From the human T2T-CHM13v2.0 reference genome, Homo sapiens: DNA of 64,000 bases. Positions within the stretch are counted from its first letter, which is position 1. The number at the start of each line of letters is the position of its first letter. The position numbers and the translations under genes were made by a program. The DNA is taken from NCBI RefSeq assembly GCF_009914755.1, contig NC_060925.1. One strand, written 5' to 3'. Positions 1 through 13,790 of this stretch are shown piece by piece. The notes under the pieces were generated by a model. It searched no databases. It had not been told where the DNA came from and worked only from the letters and a program-made list of their open reading frames with translations.

Positions 1-2467
1 TGGCTATCTCAGGAAGTCATGGTGACTGGAAGAAATGCACAACCCTGACAGAAAATGGCAAATTCTAGCTGAATTTTAAATTGTGTTATTTGCGGAATAA
101 AATATGTGGACAAGTGCTTTAAAAAACCTATGAGAATACCCAGGTTTCATTCCCTTGTTGAAGAGCAGGCGGGCACAGGCATATTGGGATGCCATAGGTG
201 GCATATTCTTCTCCACACACATCCTCCTTGGCATTTAGAAAGGGCCTGTGAAAGTTATGAAGATTCAGGTCACAGATCTCTGATGGGACTTTCTTCAGGT
301 ATCAGCATTGACTTTCCAAATTTTCATCACTGAGCTGACCAATTTCAGCAGTCAGAGAGGTCTGCATCAAGCAAGGTCTTGGTCTAAGCCTCATGGGATT
401 AGATCTGAGGTCAAAATGCCTATAAAGTATTAATCAAGGGCATTGTAGCATTTTCTCATGGCTTGGGTCTTGATATGAATGGTCTCTTTGGGAATTCACA
501 CTCACTCTGCTCTTTTAAAATGTTCACTTTTATCACTGTGCATTTTCCCAAGCCTTATCCCTCAGGATCAAAGAAAGGGCCTAGGCTTTAATTAATGATC
601 TCTCCTGTGTTTTACCAAGGGCACTGGTCTCTCGAGCTTGCAGTGGGTTGCAAGGGATTAGAGGGTGTATTTGCAGCAAAACTTCTGTACCGGCACTCGC
701 TCTGTATATATAGTCTCTTCCAATCTGCTTTTAGAGATCTTTTCTTTCTGACTGTTTGCAGGAGGACATGGCACGCTGTGGCATATTCTGCCTGATGTCT
801 CTGGAGGCATAGTTGGTGCCCATCCCACTTTTTATTAACTCTCTTGGTTGAAAACACAGCCCAGAAGACATGTTGGGACTTCATAAGCACAGCCTAAGGA
901 GGAACATTGGAAGGTACAACATTGTACATGTGGCCACCCTGCCCCAACGCAGTCACACCTCTGTGCTGGTCCTCCTGCGAGCTCCCCAGAGCATGGGGTC
1001 CCTTGAGGTTCTTTGTGGCATGCGGTAGGGGGCTCGATCCTCAGCTTCCTTGACTTGGCCATTGTTCAGGATGGAAATTACCGATCCGGGAAAAGTTTTA
1101 TTTGAGGTTACTGTTTACAGCTTGAAGCTCATGGAAGTGCAGTCTGCTCTCCTGTGGACTTTGTGGGTTTTTCCTAAATGGGTCCAACCCATCAGCTTGG
1201 CATTTGGGGCACTATTGTTTTGAAGCAACTTCCTTGTGAGTTTAGTCTCACCTCCTACCCCTTGCCCATTGCTCTCTAACCTGGGTTCCTGTTTCTTCTT
1301 TTGGGACTCTTATATTCTTCCCTCCTGAAATCTGCCTCAGTCTCTCCTTCTGGAATAATCTCTCTTCTCCTCTGACCTCTCCTAGTATTTGGTTTTTCTT
1401 TGGAAGGCACCTTATCCCCTTTATTTTATGGTAACTTCCTGGAGAGCAGGAGCAGTACTTGTTCTCTTTTGTGCTTGTCATGTTGCTTAAAACACATGAG
1501 TGTTTTAAGCAGTGAGAGACAAACACATGAGTCTCAATAGGGTCTTTATCCAATCATGGCATTGGAAACTATGGACTTCAGTGACAGATGTTATGTGCTA
1601 GGTTTCAGAATGCCTTTAAGGTGGGAAAACATTTTGTATCATTTTCAACATTTGTATCAGTTTGAAATCTGCCTGCTAAGTAACAATAAAAAAGTTAGCA
1701 ACATAATTTATGTTTAAAAGGAAGTGTTCTGGGGTGATGTTCGAGTTGGAAACTTGCCCTATGCTTTACTGCATTGTGATCTTCAGCAAGATATTTTAGT
1801 TCTCCAGATTTCCGCTTTCCCAGCTGTAAAAGGAGACAACAATATGAATTTCAGTGAACATAAAAAGCACCCATTATTTTATACATTGCAAAGAAAGAAA
1901 AATTGCTGTCAATTAAGCAGTAACAGTGCTTTCTATGGTTTAGAATTTTTATCTTATACTTAACTGATATAGCTCTTTTAGATGTATTTAGGCTTTTGAA
2001 AAATCACATATCACTCATTAAAAAGGAAAATAAATTGGTTAAGGTTTTCCTTGGCATCTTCTTCTTCATTCTGAGTCTTCCGAAACACATTTGGACTCAA
2101 TGTTGTCGAGGTTTGTGTTTCCCCACACGTCATCATCCTGTGAACCATTGAAGTTGATGGGAGGCAACTTTTTCTCCCCCAAGAATAAAGAGTTTTCTGT
2201 AGGATTGTCTGCCAAACTGCTAACACCTTTCTTCAAGTTTTGAATGCTGGTGCTTTCCCAGTCTTACAAATCCACATCAACACAAGATTTTCAGGCAACA
2301 GCCAGTACGCAGATGGTCCTAAAATAGTTTGTACATTGAAACACCAGGGGGTTGCAGATGGTCAGCCAGGCCAGGGAAAATAATCCAGTTATAACCACTG
2401 CATCCTGACCACTTCCTGGCTGATGGTGATTGTAGGACACATCCCTGTTTCAGAGATGTTAAAATGT

Positions 2468-2469
2468 AA

Positions 2470-2509
<40 letters not shown>
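2468..2509. repeat. (TAA)n microsatellite
   Basis: About 13 perfect TAA/AAT units. Confidence 0.95.
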
Positions 2510-2985
2510 TAAGATATAACCTGTTTCCTAAAGTTGTGATGACATTTAAAGGTGAGAAAGTTTGTAGCTATTATTGTGATTATGGTTACTATAAATTCTG
2601 AGAAAACACAGTGGGGTTTTCTAATTAACACTAACTAATTTATGGGACACTCATTAATGTTATATATTTATTTATTGTTCAATGTTCATGCTTAAAAATT
2701 TCTTAATTTTTCCTCTTTTTAATTGAGGTATGGTTTATATTCAGTGGAATGCACAGGTCTTAAGTGTTTACAGTTCTTGAATTTTGACACCTGTGTTACG
2801 AACAGCCCTACCAAGAGATAGAACAGTCTCATCACTCAAGAAACAACACCCTATCTTGTCCCAGTCATCATCGTCCCTCCTCTGTTCTGATATCTTCTAC
2901 CATGGATTAATTTTGGCTGTTCTAGAACTTAATGGAATCATGTGGCACTACTCTTTTGCATCTTTTCTAAAGACATGTACATGTT

Positions 2986-3297
2986 GGCTGGGCGCGGTGG
3001 CTCACGCCTGTAATCCCAGCACTTTGGAAGGCTGAGGTGGGTGGATCACGAGGTCAGGAGTTTGAGAACAGTCTGGCCAACATGGTGAAACCCCGGCTCT
3101 ACTAAAAAATACAAAAATTAACTGGGCGTGGTGGTGGGCACTTGTAATCCTAGCTACTTGGGAGGCTGAGGCAGGAGAATAGTTTCAAACTGGAAGGTGG
3201 AGGTTGCAGTGAGCTGAGATCGTACCACTGCACTCCAGCCTGGGCAACAAGAACAAAACTCTGTCTCAAAAAAAAAAAAAAAGAAAGAAAGAAAAAG
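2986..3297 (+). mobile_element. AluS
   Basis: GGCTGGGCGCGGTGGCTCAC… full dimer with A tail; imperfect TSD aaagaca(tg/ca)tacatgtt. Confidence 0.95.
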
Positions 3298-4384
3298 ACA
3301 CATACATGTTGCTGCATGTATGACGAGTTTGTTTCTTTTTATTGCTGAGTAGTCTTTCATTGCATAGCTATAGTATTATTTTTGCATCTTCCTGCTGATG
3401 GATATTTAGGTTGCTTCCAGTATGGGGCTGGCTCTCAGGCATAAGACACTGTGACCATTTATTTGAGTGCAAATATTTTTGATGACATGTTTTCATTTCT
3501 TTTGTGTAAATGCCTGGAAGTAGAATTGTTGGATTAAAGGGTAGGTATACATTGAACTTTATGAGAAACTGGCAGAACTTTTCTTGAAGGGACCATTTTA
3601 CATGCGTGAGAGTTCCAGTTGCTCCATACCCTTGTGAATGTTGACATTTTTAGTTGAGTTAATTTGAAACATTTGAGTGGGCTTGTAGTGGAATATTTAT
3701 GGTTTTAATTTTTCTTTTCTTAATGATTAATGATGTCAAATGTTTTTTCATATGCTTATTAGCCATTTGTGCGTCTACTTTGTAAAATGCCTGTTAAGTC
3801 ATTTGACCATTTTTCAATGGCACCATTTGTGTTTTAATTGTCAAGTTGTAGTATTCAATTCCTTGTCAGTTAAACATAATGCAATGATTTTCTCCAAGTC
3901 TGTGACTTGTCGTCTCATTTTTTAGTTGTGTCTTTTGATGAGAAGTTTTTAATTTTGATAAAGCCCATTTATCCTTTTTAAAATAGTGTTTTCTGTATCT
4001 TATCTGAAGTTCTTGCCTACTCCAAAGTCAATCAAATATTCATTTTTTTTTTGTAGAAGCTTTATAGTTTTAACTTTTACATGTAGGCCTGTGATCCACC
4101 TTTAATTAAATTTTTGTGTGGTTTGAGGTATGAATCAAGGTTAATATTTTTTCCATGTAGATAGCTAGTTGTTCCAGCACCATTTATTGAAAATACTTTC
4201 TTTTCCTCATTGACTTGCTTTGGCACTTTGGTTGGCTGTATATGTGTTAATCCACTCCTGGACTGTTTATTCTATTCCATCGATCTGTTTGTCTATGTAT
4301 ATTCAATGCCATATTACCTTGATTTATAGTGGCTTTAGCATTAGTCTTGAAACCAAGACTCACTTTTTAAGGATTGCTTTGGTC

Positions 4385-4515
4385 ATCCTCCTCCTCCTCT
4401 TCCTTCTTCTTCTTTCTTCCTATTCTTCTTCATTCTTCTTCGTCTTCTCCTTCCTTCCCTCCCTCCCTCTTTCACCTCCTCCTCCTCCTTCTTCTTCTTT
4501 CTCCCTCTCCTTCTT
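4385..4515. repeat. CT-rich (CTT/CCT) low-complexity tract
   Basis: Degenerate pyrimidine repeat, probably the decayed tail of the adjacent Alu fragment. Confidence 0.85.
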
Positions 4516-4912
4516 TGAGGTGGGGACTTGCTATGTTGCCCAGACAAGAGTGTAGTGCCTGTTCAAAAGTGCAATCATAGTGCACTACAGCCTCAAACTC
4601 ATGGGCTCATTCTTCTAGATTTTATTTGTTTAGATATGAAGTCTCACTCTGTTGCTCAAGCTGGAGTGCAGTGGCAGGATCTCAGCTCGCTGCAACCTAC
4701 ACCTCCTGGGTTTAAGTGATTCTCCTGCCTCAGCCTCTTGAGTAGCTGGGATTACAGGTGCTTACCACTGTGCCAGATTAATTTTTATATTTTTAGTAGA
4801 GATAGGGTTTCGCCATGTTGGCCAGGCTGGTCTTGAACACCTGACCTCAAGGGACCCACCACCTCGGCCTCCCAAAATGCTGGGATTACAGGTGTGAGCC
4901 ACCATGCCCAGC
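4515..4912 (-). mobile_element. Alu fragment (4515-4610) plus full antisense Alu (4620-4912)
   Basis: ctggagtgcagtgg…gctgggattacagg…gtgagccaccatgcccagc. Confidence 0.88.
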
Positions 4913-5858
4913 TCACTCTTAGACGTTTTAGAATAAGCACATAAATTTCTACAAAAGAACCTCATAACATTTTGATTGGAATTATATTAAATCAATGAAT
5001 CAATGTGGGGAAAATTGAAATCTTACCAATATTGAACTTCCAGTGTATGTATACAGTGTATCTTTTAAATTATTTGTCTTTAATTTGTCTCAGCAGTTTT
5101 TGAAAAATAGTTTTCACTGTAGAGCTCTTGCACATATTTAAAGAAAGTATCCCTCAGTATTTTGAGATTTAAAATATTTTGTAAATTGTATTTTTTAAAA
5201 AATCATCTTCTAGTTTTTTGTTATTTAGACATAAGATTGATGTTTGTACATTGACCTTGTATCCTGCAATCTTGCTACATTTAATTTATCATATATTTTT
5301 CTCAGTGCTTTACAGAATTTCTTGTTTATTCTTGTAACTACCTATGAGTCAGGTGTTATTGCAATTATATTTTATAAGAAATTTGCCCCAGATGTGCTAA
5401 TTTTCTTGCTCCAGGTCACACAATTTGAGTAACAGGGGAGGAATTTAATTTAGGTCAACTCTGATTATATGGCCCAGTCCCCTTCCACACTGCTATAATA
5501 TGTCATCTCTTTGACATTTGTATATTATTGGAATGGAGTGACACATTGTGGTTTCTCTGGATTCCACTGGGACATTTTTGGGTCATCATACTTTACGGGA
5601 GATGGCTTCACCAATGGAACTCCTAAAATGGACATAACAAGAATAAGGTGATAAAAAAGACGGTGATTTTTCCAGTTTAAGGAGAGCAATATTTTTCCAG
5701 GTTCTTTCCCCAGAGGACTGCTAAGGAAATTGTACATAATCTCAAAGTGCAGTTTCTTTGCCCATGCTGTGAATGTACATTAGCTGCTGCTAGATCTTCC
5801 ATGTGTGTGGATGCTGTAAAGCTTGTTTTCCCTTCTTCTCTCCCACAACGTGCTGTAG

Positions 5859-6047
5859 GAAACCATTTCTGGACGGCTAAAGACCTCACCGAGGAGATTA
5901 GATCATTAACATCAGAGAGAGAAGGGCTGGAGGGACTCCTCAGCAAGCTGTTGGTGTTGAGTTCCAGGAATGTCAAAAAGCTGGGAAGTGTTAAAGAAGA
6001 TTACAACAGACTGAGAAGAGAAGTGGAGCACCAGGAGACTGCCTATG
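5859..6047 (+). CDS. DISC1: DISC1 internal coding exon 9 (189 nt, phase 1/1): (G)NHFWTAKDLTEEIRSLTSEREGLEGLLSKLLVLSSRNVKKLGSVKEDYNRLRREVEHQETAY
   Basis: Pyrimidine tract 5822-5845 and acceptor ...tgctgtag|GA at 5857-5858; donor TATG|gtaggt at 6047/6048. The peptide matches human DISC1 aa ~598-660 as I recall it, with heptad leucines L607/L614/L621/L628. Codon 607 is CTC (Leu) at 5885-5887. Confidence 0.97.
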
Positions 6048-6762
6048 GTAGGTAGTGCACAACTGTTCCCCGGCAAGATATTGATGATATTTGTTGTGTT
6101 TTGTGGCCAGGCAGAATGTTCTGTGCCTTATGTGAACGTCACTGTGAAGAGCGTCATGGAGCACATGGCCCTTTTCCTTGGGGACATTTTTGGCAGGTGC
6201 CTTGGCAAACTGAATGGAATTACTTGTCAGCTTTTGTTTTCATATTCACATGTGACATCTTTTCTTTTTCTGTTCCCTGTCTCAACCTGTGTTTGCTAAT
6301 AGCCTTGTTATTATTTAGAGCAGTCTCTCCCTTGGCAAGGTCTTGAGCATTTTCTTTGTGTGACAATTATCTTCCTTTTGTCCCTTGGCTCCATCTCCTT
6401 GTCTGCACAATCATAGACTAAATCAGGCTGATCTGAGAAAATTGAGGGAAGACCATAAAGTGGCTCTTCTATGTGTGGACTTTTCTGAGAGCTTCTTTCC
6501 CCAGGAAGGATGATGTAGAAGATGTGAATGCCGCCTTAGCCAAAGTGTCTGCTTGTCAGAGGAGTTCAAGTGTTCCTGTGTTCTTTCCTTTTCCAGTCGT
6601 TAGGAGTAACTGAGCTTACTCTGAGATTTGCACCCAGAGGGATGGTCTCAGAAGACGCTGGTTCAGTGCAAATTGAGATGGTAAAAACTTATTTCTTAAA
6701 AAATGGTTCCTAAATAAATGTCATTTACTAAAACAAATGAAAGAAATATATATATGAATAAA
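6048..6762 (+). other. DISC1: Intron-9 read-through terminal extension of exon 9 (…TAY-G-R-stop, TAG 6053-6055) with candidate polyA signals
   Basis: In-frame GGT AGG TAG directly across the donor; AATAAA at 6713-6718 and 6757-6762. This gives a 662-aa product, consistent with a short DISC1 isoform I recall. The 3' end is inferred. Confidence 0.55.
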
Positions 6763-8059
6763 TGGCTATATTTTACAAAGTATGCTTATTTAAGAAGAAA
6801 TAAGAAAAAACGGGGCTGATAGGAACCAGATTTGAAATAGGGCTTTTGTAAATACTCCGTAAATTGAAGTAAATGAAGAGTAGTATTTATAAGCTAGATT
6901 GAGAAATATAAAATCAGCTAGCTGAAGTTAAGTGCATCAATTTGGGATGAATAAATTTTCTTTTAAAATGTCTATCAATTTGTGTAGAGAGAGGTTTCTT
7001 CATAGAGATATTAGAATCAAAGAGTATGTTCAGTAGTTATTCTGTCTTCTTTGTAATGAATACCCTTAAGTTGGCTTAACAGCTCAGTACTTATCTTTTT
7101 TTCTTTTCATTCTTAAAGGTCAAGCCTTGTTTTTGCCATATATGTAACTAGAGACAGTACGTTTGAGGCTAAATAACTGTAGTACTAGGGAATGACAACA
7201 CGCTCACCCAAGACACCGCAGCCTGGTTTACTCTGTCATGATAGGAATGAGGATTGTACATTTGAAATAGGTTTCTGCTATTGATTTTTTAAATGTATAA
7301 ACGATGGAAACTACGGAATTTCTCATGTTTTCACCACATAGTTTTTTGTCATAAAATGAAGAATATATTATATCCAAGAATGAAGAGGAAGTGAACAAAT
7401 TTGAGCAAATTTAGTCCAGCAATATTTTCATTTGAATAGTTGAGCCCCTGAAAGCCATTAATATCTCTTTTTAAAAAAAGAACCATGCAGTATTTTTGAA
7501 TCTCATCATCGTCACTTCACTAAGTATTTTCACAATGATGAATAAAACATAAACAAATGGAATGAGAGATTGTTACCATGGATGATTCTAAATTGCAGAT
7601 GGCTCATTACTGTTGTGAAGCCTCTCTTTATGTTTTTACACTTGGATTTTGCTGGATCAGCCACCCTTTCCCTATACATTGATTTACACGTGCTTAATTT
7701 TTTTTAACCAATTTGAGGTGAGTTGGCTTTAGGTGAACCAAATTAATAATCTAGGGTTGAGAGTGTGGGAAACAAATAAATAATGAATTCCTGAATACAT
7801 TGAAGCTTTTATTTATTAAAATGTGATAAAACTGGGGCAAAGTCCATATTCAGCTTTTTTTGTGTTTTGAGGGTTAAAAATTCAGAGGGAGCTCTGTGTT
7901 CAAGTTTAAATGTAGAGAAAGTACAAAGGAGAGTGTACTTATGCACATACACATATGCATGCATGTACCATGACTCTTTTTAGCCTTAGAGAATGAAACC
8001 ATTTAAGAAATGAGCAATATGTAGTATTCTTAAAAAAAGATTTTGATTTCCAACAATAG

Positions 8060-8400
8060 TTGTGGAATGCAGCGTTCAGGGGAAAAAGGCAACTCATGGA
8101 TGATCAAGCCACCCTGCTTGTCAGGAACCCAGACTCTTCTATCTTGTTCTTCTCTGCCCCACAACATGTGCCATTCAGTCCAACCTGGCTGACCCAGCCA
8201 CATGCATGTCCAAGTCCAGTCAGAAAAAAAACAAAGAAGGAAGAGAGCTCATCTATCCCCTTTAAGTACGCTTTTAGAAATCTGCACACATCTCTGCTAC
8301 GGCCACATCCCTGTGACCTTAACCTTGTTATATGGTAACAGCTACTTGCAAGAGGGGCTGGGAGCTGTCCTTACCCTGGGCAGCAATGTGCCCCACTAAA
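8060..8400. mobile_element. Possible old MLT1-type MaLR LTR fragment
   Basis: Weak resemblance only (…cttgcaagaggggctggga…). Confidence 0.35.
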
Positions 8401-9244
8401 GTGATGAATTCTGTTTCCATAGCAAAAGGGGAGATTTGCAGTCTTAGGGAACAATTAGCAGTGTCTCTCGTACAGAGACCTTTTAATGATGTGAAGTGTA
8501 TCTCTAATGATGCACCTGAGATGAATTTGCTGCATGCATCACTTAAAATATCATTGTATCTTGTGTCTCTGGCTAGATTGTGAGTCCACCGAGGTCAGAA
8601 CATTGTTCTTAGGTTTCACTGTACTGCTTTGGTGTCCAGCATGATGTCTTTTAAAATAGTAAATATACTATACCATCAATATTTGTTCATTTACTGGGGC
8701 CAGATGTTAAAATGACACATGAATGAGTCCTCTCTTCCTGCATTTTAGATTGCAGATCTGGACCTTGAATCTTCTGCTTCTTTATTCATTTTCCAAATTA
8801 ATGAGGGTAGTGATAAGTTTGTCTTTCTTGGAAGGTGCTTGAGTTGTCTGAGTTGGATATTCAGTTTGGAGTGTCAGTAATAGAACAATACGGTGATAGA
8901 AAAGGAACTGAAATATGCCAAGGTACTCAAGGGCAAAGGGAGACAGACCTCATCACCGAATCCATTGGCTTTTGTTGCCAAGACACAATCTCTATAAAGA
9001 GATGATAAAGAAGTGTGCTTTAACTCCTGTCAGCTGTTCTTGAGACTTCAGGATAACACATTTGAATTCGGAGCAATGTTAAGTGCAGTGAAATAGAAGG
9101 AAAAGCTAAATCTATCTTCCAAGCCTTGAATATTTATGGAAATTAACTATAAACATTTAATTATTGTGGATTCCAATGTGTGTGTTTATTTAAAGAAGGG
9201 TGGAATGAAAAAAATCAGCAACTTTTACAGTTTGCTACATCTGC

Positions 9245-9531
<287 letters not shown>

Positions 9532-10175
9532 TACAACTGCTTTTCAAGTTAAAAGGACAGCCCTCAGATTTACGCAGCAGTTTTTCACCATCCCTTGTGT
9601 ATAAATTGGTAATCTGTATTGTACTTTATTAATATTGTTGATTTCGCACTGTAACTCAGCTATAAAGGAAACCGACGTCAAGGGGAGAGATTTAATCACA
9701 GAATAATCAGGACTAGAATTTTAAATAGGACATCATTAGCATGTTAATGAATTTTCCCACCTTATGCCAGCTGCCTGAGTAGAAAAGATACTGCAGATGT
9801 AGCTCAAAAATCTGGCTGGTTCCCTGGCCCAGTGAGCTGTCAGGAATCTGTGTAGGGTGATCCATAAGCTAAGTGAAGGGATTCTAAGTGAGAATACCAA
9901 GCAGCAAGATTTTGTTTTTCTGAGAACGATGGCTAACTGTGCCCAGCCTAAACTCATTTGTCTTTCGGTGAGTAAGAGGGGAATGGGAGGCAGAGAAGGG
10001 GCAGTTGAAGGGCAATGAGGTTGGAGTAGAGGCACCTTTCCAATTATGGTTTGGGATTAGGACCTTTTGCTTTAGATAGAAAAGTTGTAAGTTCTCAATG
10101 ACAAGATCCTGCCCTAATTCTTGGCACAGTCTCACAATTTTTGAGCTTGAAATAGCTAATGAAAGGAAGCATGAG

Positions 10176-10535
10176 TGTCTTAGTCCATCTGCGTTGCTAT
10201 AGAGGAATACCTGAGGCTGGGTCATTTATAAAGAAAAGGGAATTCTTTGGCTCACAGTTTTGCAGGCTGTCTAAGAAGCATAGTGCCAACATCTGCTTCT
10301 GGTGAGGGCCTCAGGCTGCTTCCACTCATGGCAGAAGATGAAGGGGAGCTGGCCTAGGCAGATCACTGGTGAGAGAGGAAGCAAAAAGAGAGAGAAGGGA
10401 CATGACACACTCTTTTTAACAACCAGCTCTCCCAGAAACTATTAGAGTGAGAACTCACTCATTGATGACCAAGCTATTCTTGAGGGATCTGCCCCCAGAC
10501 CCAGACACCTCCCATTAGGCTCTACCTTCAACATT
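10176..10535 (-). mobile_element. MST-type MaLR solo LTR
   Basis: tgtcttagtccat…aatacctgaggctggg…tttataaagaaaagg…cctcccattaggc…caacattgggg. Confidence 0.85.
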
Positions 10536-11174
10536 GGGGGTCAAATTTCAACATAAGGTTTGGAGGTCAAAGAAAAGAAACTATAGCAGTGACAGATTAT
10601 ACTGAGATATCGGTTTAACTCTGAAGTTCCCAGATGCAGCTACTTGCAGAATTTCACTTCACACCTATTAAGAAAAGTCTTTTAGTTTAGAAATCCTGTG
10701 AGTTACAAGTTCTGCATATATAGGCAGTAATTCTTTTTTCCATATATGTCAGATATATGTAGAAGAAACATTGATGAAAAAGTAGAACAAAAGAATAAAA
10801 TCTATGGGTCTCTTTTATTGGCAGGGAGAGGGAGGAAATGGAGAGCCGGGACAATACATACAACAAAGATAAAAACAATAAAATTAGCAAACAACAATAA
10901 AATTTAAAAACAAAGACAGAAGAAAATGCCAATGTCAAGTGTTAATTATTTGGTTGAGAATATGATGTGATAATGAACTTCCTAGAAGTCACAGCAAAGA
11001 AGACAGTTGAAGCATCATCCTTCTTCCTCAAAAGCACCTTGAAAAGCACAGAGCTTTTTGGGAATTCAGAGTGATGCTAAATTCTTCAAGACACTTCTCT
11101 TGAAAGCATAGTGGAAAGTCCTCCTGAACAGATTTATAACACATGCAGAAAGCTCTTTTACTTGTATTATTATT

Positions 11175-11300
11175 TTTTACAACTTTTTATTTTAGGTTCA
11201 GGAATACATGTGCAGGTTCTTTATATAGGTAAATTGCATGTCATCGGGGTTTGGTGTCCAGAATATTTTATCACCCAGGTGATAAGCATGTTATCCGATG
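11175..11300 (-). mobile_element. L1P 3'-end fragment
   Basis: ttttaggttcagga.tacatgtgcagg…ggtaaattgcatg is the antisense L1PA/PB 3' terminus. Confidence 0.75.
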
Positions 11301-12408
11301 GTTGTGACCAACTACCTCTAGGAAAAAAACATGTTGGGGATCCCTTCAAAGCAGGAGGGACTGTGCACAGGAGAGACTGAAACCACATACACATTTTAGA
11401 TATGTAGGTATGGACAGTTTTTCCCACAAAAAGATCCAGTTTTTCAGCAGATTTTTAAAGGGGTCATTCTAAGAGTCCTCAAATTTTAAGAAACATTAAG
11501 ATATTAAACTGTCGAGGTGAATTAGGGCTTGGGCTAGTGAAGTTTAAATACGGCATCTTCCAATTTCTGACATTATTTCAAGATGTAACTTAGCACCTAA
11601 AAAGTGGCTGGAGAACATATCCTGTACACTCACCAAATGTCACTTCTTTCCTCTGAGCTTTGGCTACGACCTATGTATAAGAAAACTTAGCTCTCCGGGC
11701 CAGAACGGTGATAGTGCTCTTGATAACAGAGGGCCAAGCCGTCTGCTTTGGAACCAGATGAGTGTTGCGGTGCTATGTGGCAAGAAATGTAGATGTTTAT
11801 ATGGGAAATAGATATGTGTCTGCCTTTCCAAATTCGAAATCTTTGGTCATTTAGATTTAAAAAAATATGTCAAATAGGATCTTTTGGAAGAAATAAAAAA
11901 AATTCAAAATCTTTTCCCTCAGGTTTTTCTGATAGGCTGAAGTTTTAAATCTCTAATCATTTATCTTTGATTTGCCTTATTGATTACATTATCACTTTAT
12001 CAGGACCCTGACTAAATCTGTTTGTGTTTTTAATTTCTCTCCATTTTTTCCTTTCCAGTTACATCCTTGCATCACTATTAGTGTGATTATTTCCCTTCAG
12101 CCATTTTTGCCTGTGAATTTCTAAGCTTGAAATTTGCAACTAACTTTCTCCCTCCTTTATTAAGTCGCTGTGATAATTCTTTTGGGAGGCATCGCCATAC
12201 AGTGGAAAAAGCCTGGATTAGGATGTAGGGGGTGTCAGTTTAATCTCAGTCCTGCCCTTCCCTAATCATCTGCATAGCACCTGATATATATAGCATCAGA
12301 ATGTGAGGCTCAATGAGTGAATAGTCTTCAGCAACTCACTGAATTTTATCTGAGTCTCAGTTGCTTCATATGTAATACTGTAGAACCAGATCTTGAAGTT
12401 GCATTTCT

Positions 12409-12460
12409 ATCCATCCATCCATCCATCCATCCATCCATCCATCCACCCACCCATCCATCC
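12409..12460. repeat. (CCAT)n tetranucleotide repeat
   Basis: Direct reading; adjoins an L2-like 3' end (caagcatttattgag). Confidence 0.9.
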
Positions 12461-13599
12461 TTTCCACAAGCATTTATTGAGTACTTACGATATGCTAGGC
12501 GCTGTGGCAGGCCCTCATGGTCCAGAGATGAATTAGATAGTCCCTGTGGCTACTGAGGTCCCTTTTAACTCTAGCCCCTTGTATGTGAATTTCCACAATT
12601 CAATTTATACTTTGTTCATTTATTTTCTTGCTCTCAGCTACTTTTGATCTCCTTTTCCCACTTTTATCCATATATATTTTTAAAAGTCCCTACTATTGTT
12701 ACATCTTTTTTCACTTGTCTCTCTACTTGTTTCTATACTCCCTTAAAATACGTAAGTCACTTACCCCCTGGGTGGAAATACAATGATGTTTTCAATTATA
12801 TTTCATACCAAATTGCAACAGGCAGTTTTTTTTAACATGCTAATTCATTTAGAGCAGAAACTTGACTCTATGTAATAGGGTGGGTACATGTGTCTCTTAA
12901 ATATCTGCCAGATTTTCTGCTTTGTAGATTATTCTTACTAATCAGTGCGTATTAGAGTCTCTTTGTACATTTCATATGGACTCTGGGCTTTGATAATGTT
13001 GGTAGACACATGTACTCACACACGCTCATATAATGTCCTGAAGATTAAGCTAAGAGTGATGGTAAGTGGAACTTCATGATCTTAAAGAAGAGCCTATTTG
13101 CCATGTTTTGGGTGAGGGGATTATTTTTTGCATGGGGACCCTATCATGTATTGCAGAACATTTCACATCCCTGGTCATTGCCTGCATCCAACTCTTCTTC
13201 CCACCCCCATTTTTCAATGCCCCCAGGTAGGAGTGGTACCACCCTCAGTTAACTGCATAACTTCAGCCTAATGCTTTATGTTTTAGTATCATTCCTATGA
13301 TTTGAAAATATGTTGTCATGATCATTAGAACTTGCCTGGAATTAATAAAACCAAATTCTATTATTCACATTATCTTTCATATAGATCCTTAGAGGTTTAA
13401 ATATAAGTTCTTTGCAGATTTCTTCCTCCATTGCTCTTTACTGTGTATATTCAGTATGTATTTCTTGGGCACAGATTTCGGTATGCACAGATGAGCTACA
13501 GCTATTGTGGATTTAATGTTTTCTTTGAAGAAAAGGAATGATCCCTTGTACGAAGTCACCCTCTTTTTAGTAACAAAGACTTATCTCTTTCTTTTTGTT

Positions 13600-13790
13600 T
13601 CTCAAGCACTTGAGAACTAAGCACTGTGCTAAGACTTGACATACTTTAGTCATCTCATCCTCTGGACCACTGTGGTACTGGCTCCACTGGAATCTCTGTT
13701 TTACCGATGAAGAAGCTGAGGTTTAGGAAGGATCCTGTCACAGAGCCTTCAGGGGGCAAGGCCACCATCTGAATCCCTCTTACCTGCCAT
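13600..13790. mobile_element. MIR fragment
   Basis: …ttttaccgatgaagaagctgagg… MIR core. Confidence 0.6.

Larger units (their letters stand above)
2715..5290 (-). mobile_element. Old L1M-type LINE fragment interrupted by Alus
   Basis: T-rich sequence with antisense L1 3' motifs (…ttgttccagcaccatttattgaaaa…, …ttgattggaattatattaaatc…). Subfamily not determined. Confidence 0.65.
2156..6047 (-). ncRNA. DISC2: DISC2 antisense lncRNA overlapping DISC1 exon 9 and intron 8 (boundaries approximate)
   Basis: Established knowledge that DISC2 is antisense to and overlaps DISC1 exon 9, extending into intron 8. Nothing in the sequence marks its ends; coordinates come from recollection of the annotation. 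Confidence 0.5.

Noticed and set aside
4220-4580. Hydrophobic or Ser-rich ORFs resembling membrane proteins
   Set aside because: They arise from a CT-rich low-complexity tract inside L1/Alu sequence.
5747-5858. 5' part of the 102-aa ORF read as a stand-alone gene
   Set aside because: It starts at GTG and is intronic, including the pyrimidine tract; only 5859-6047 is the exon.
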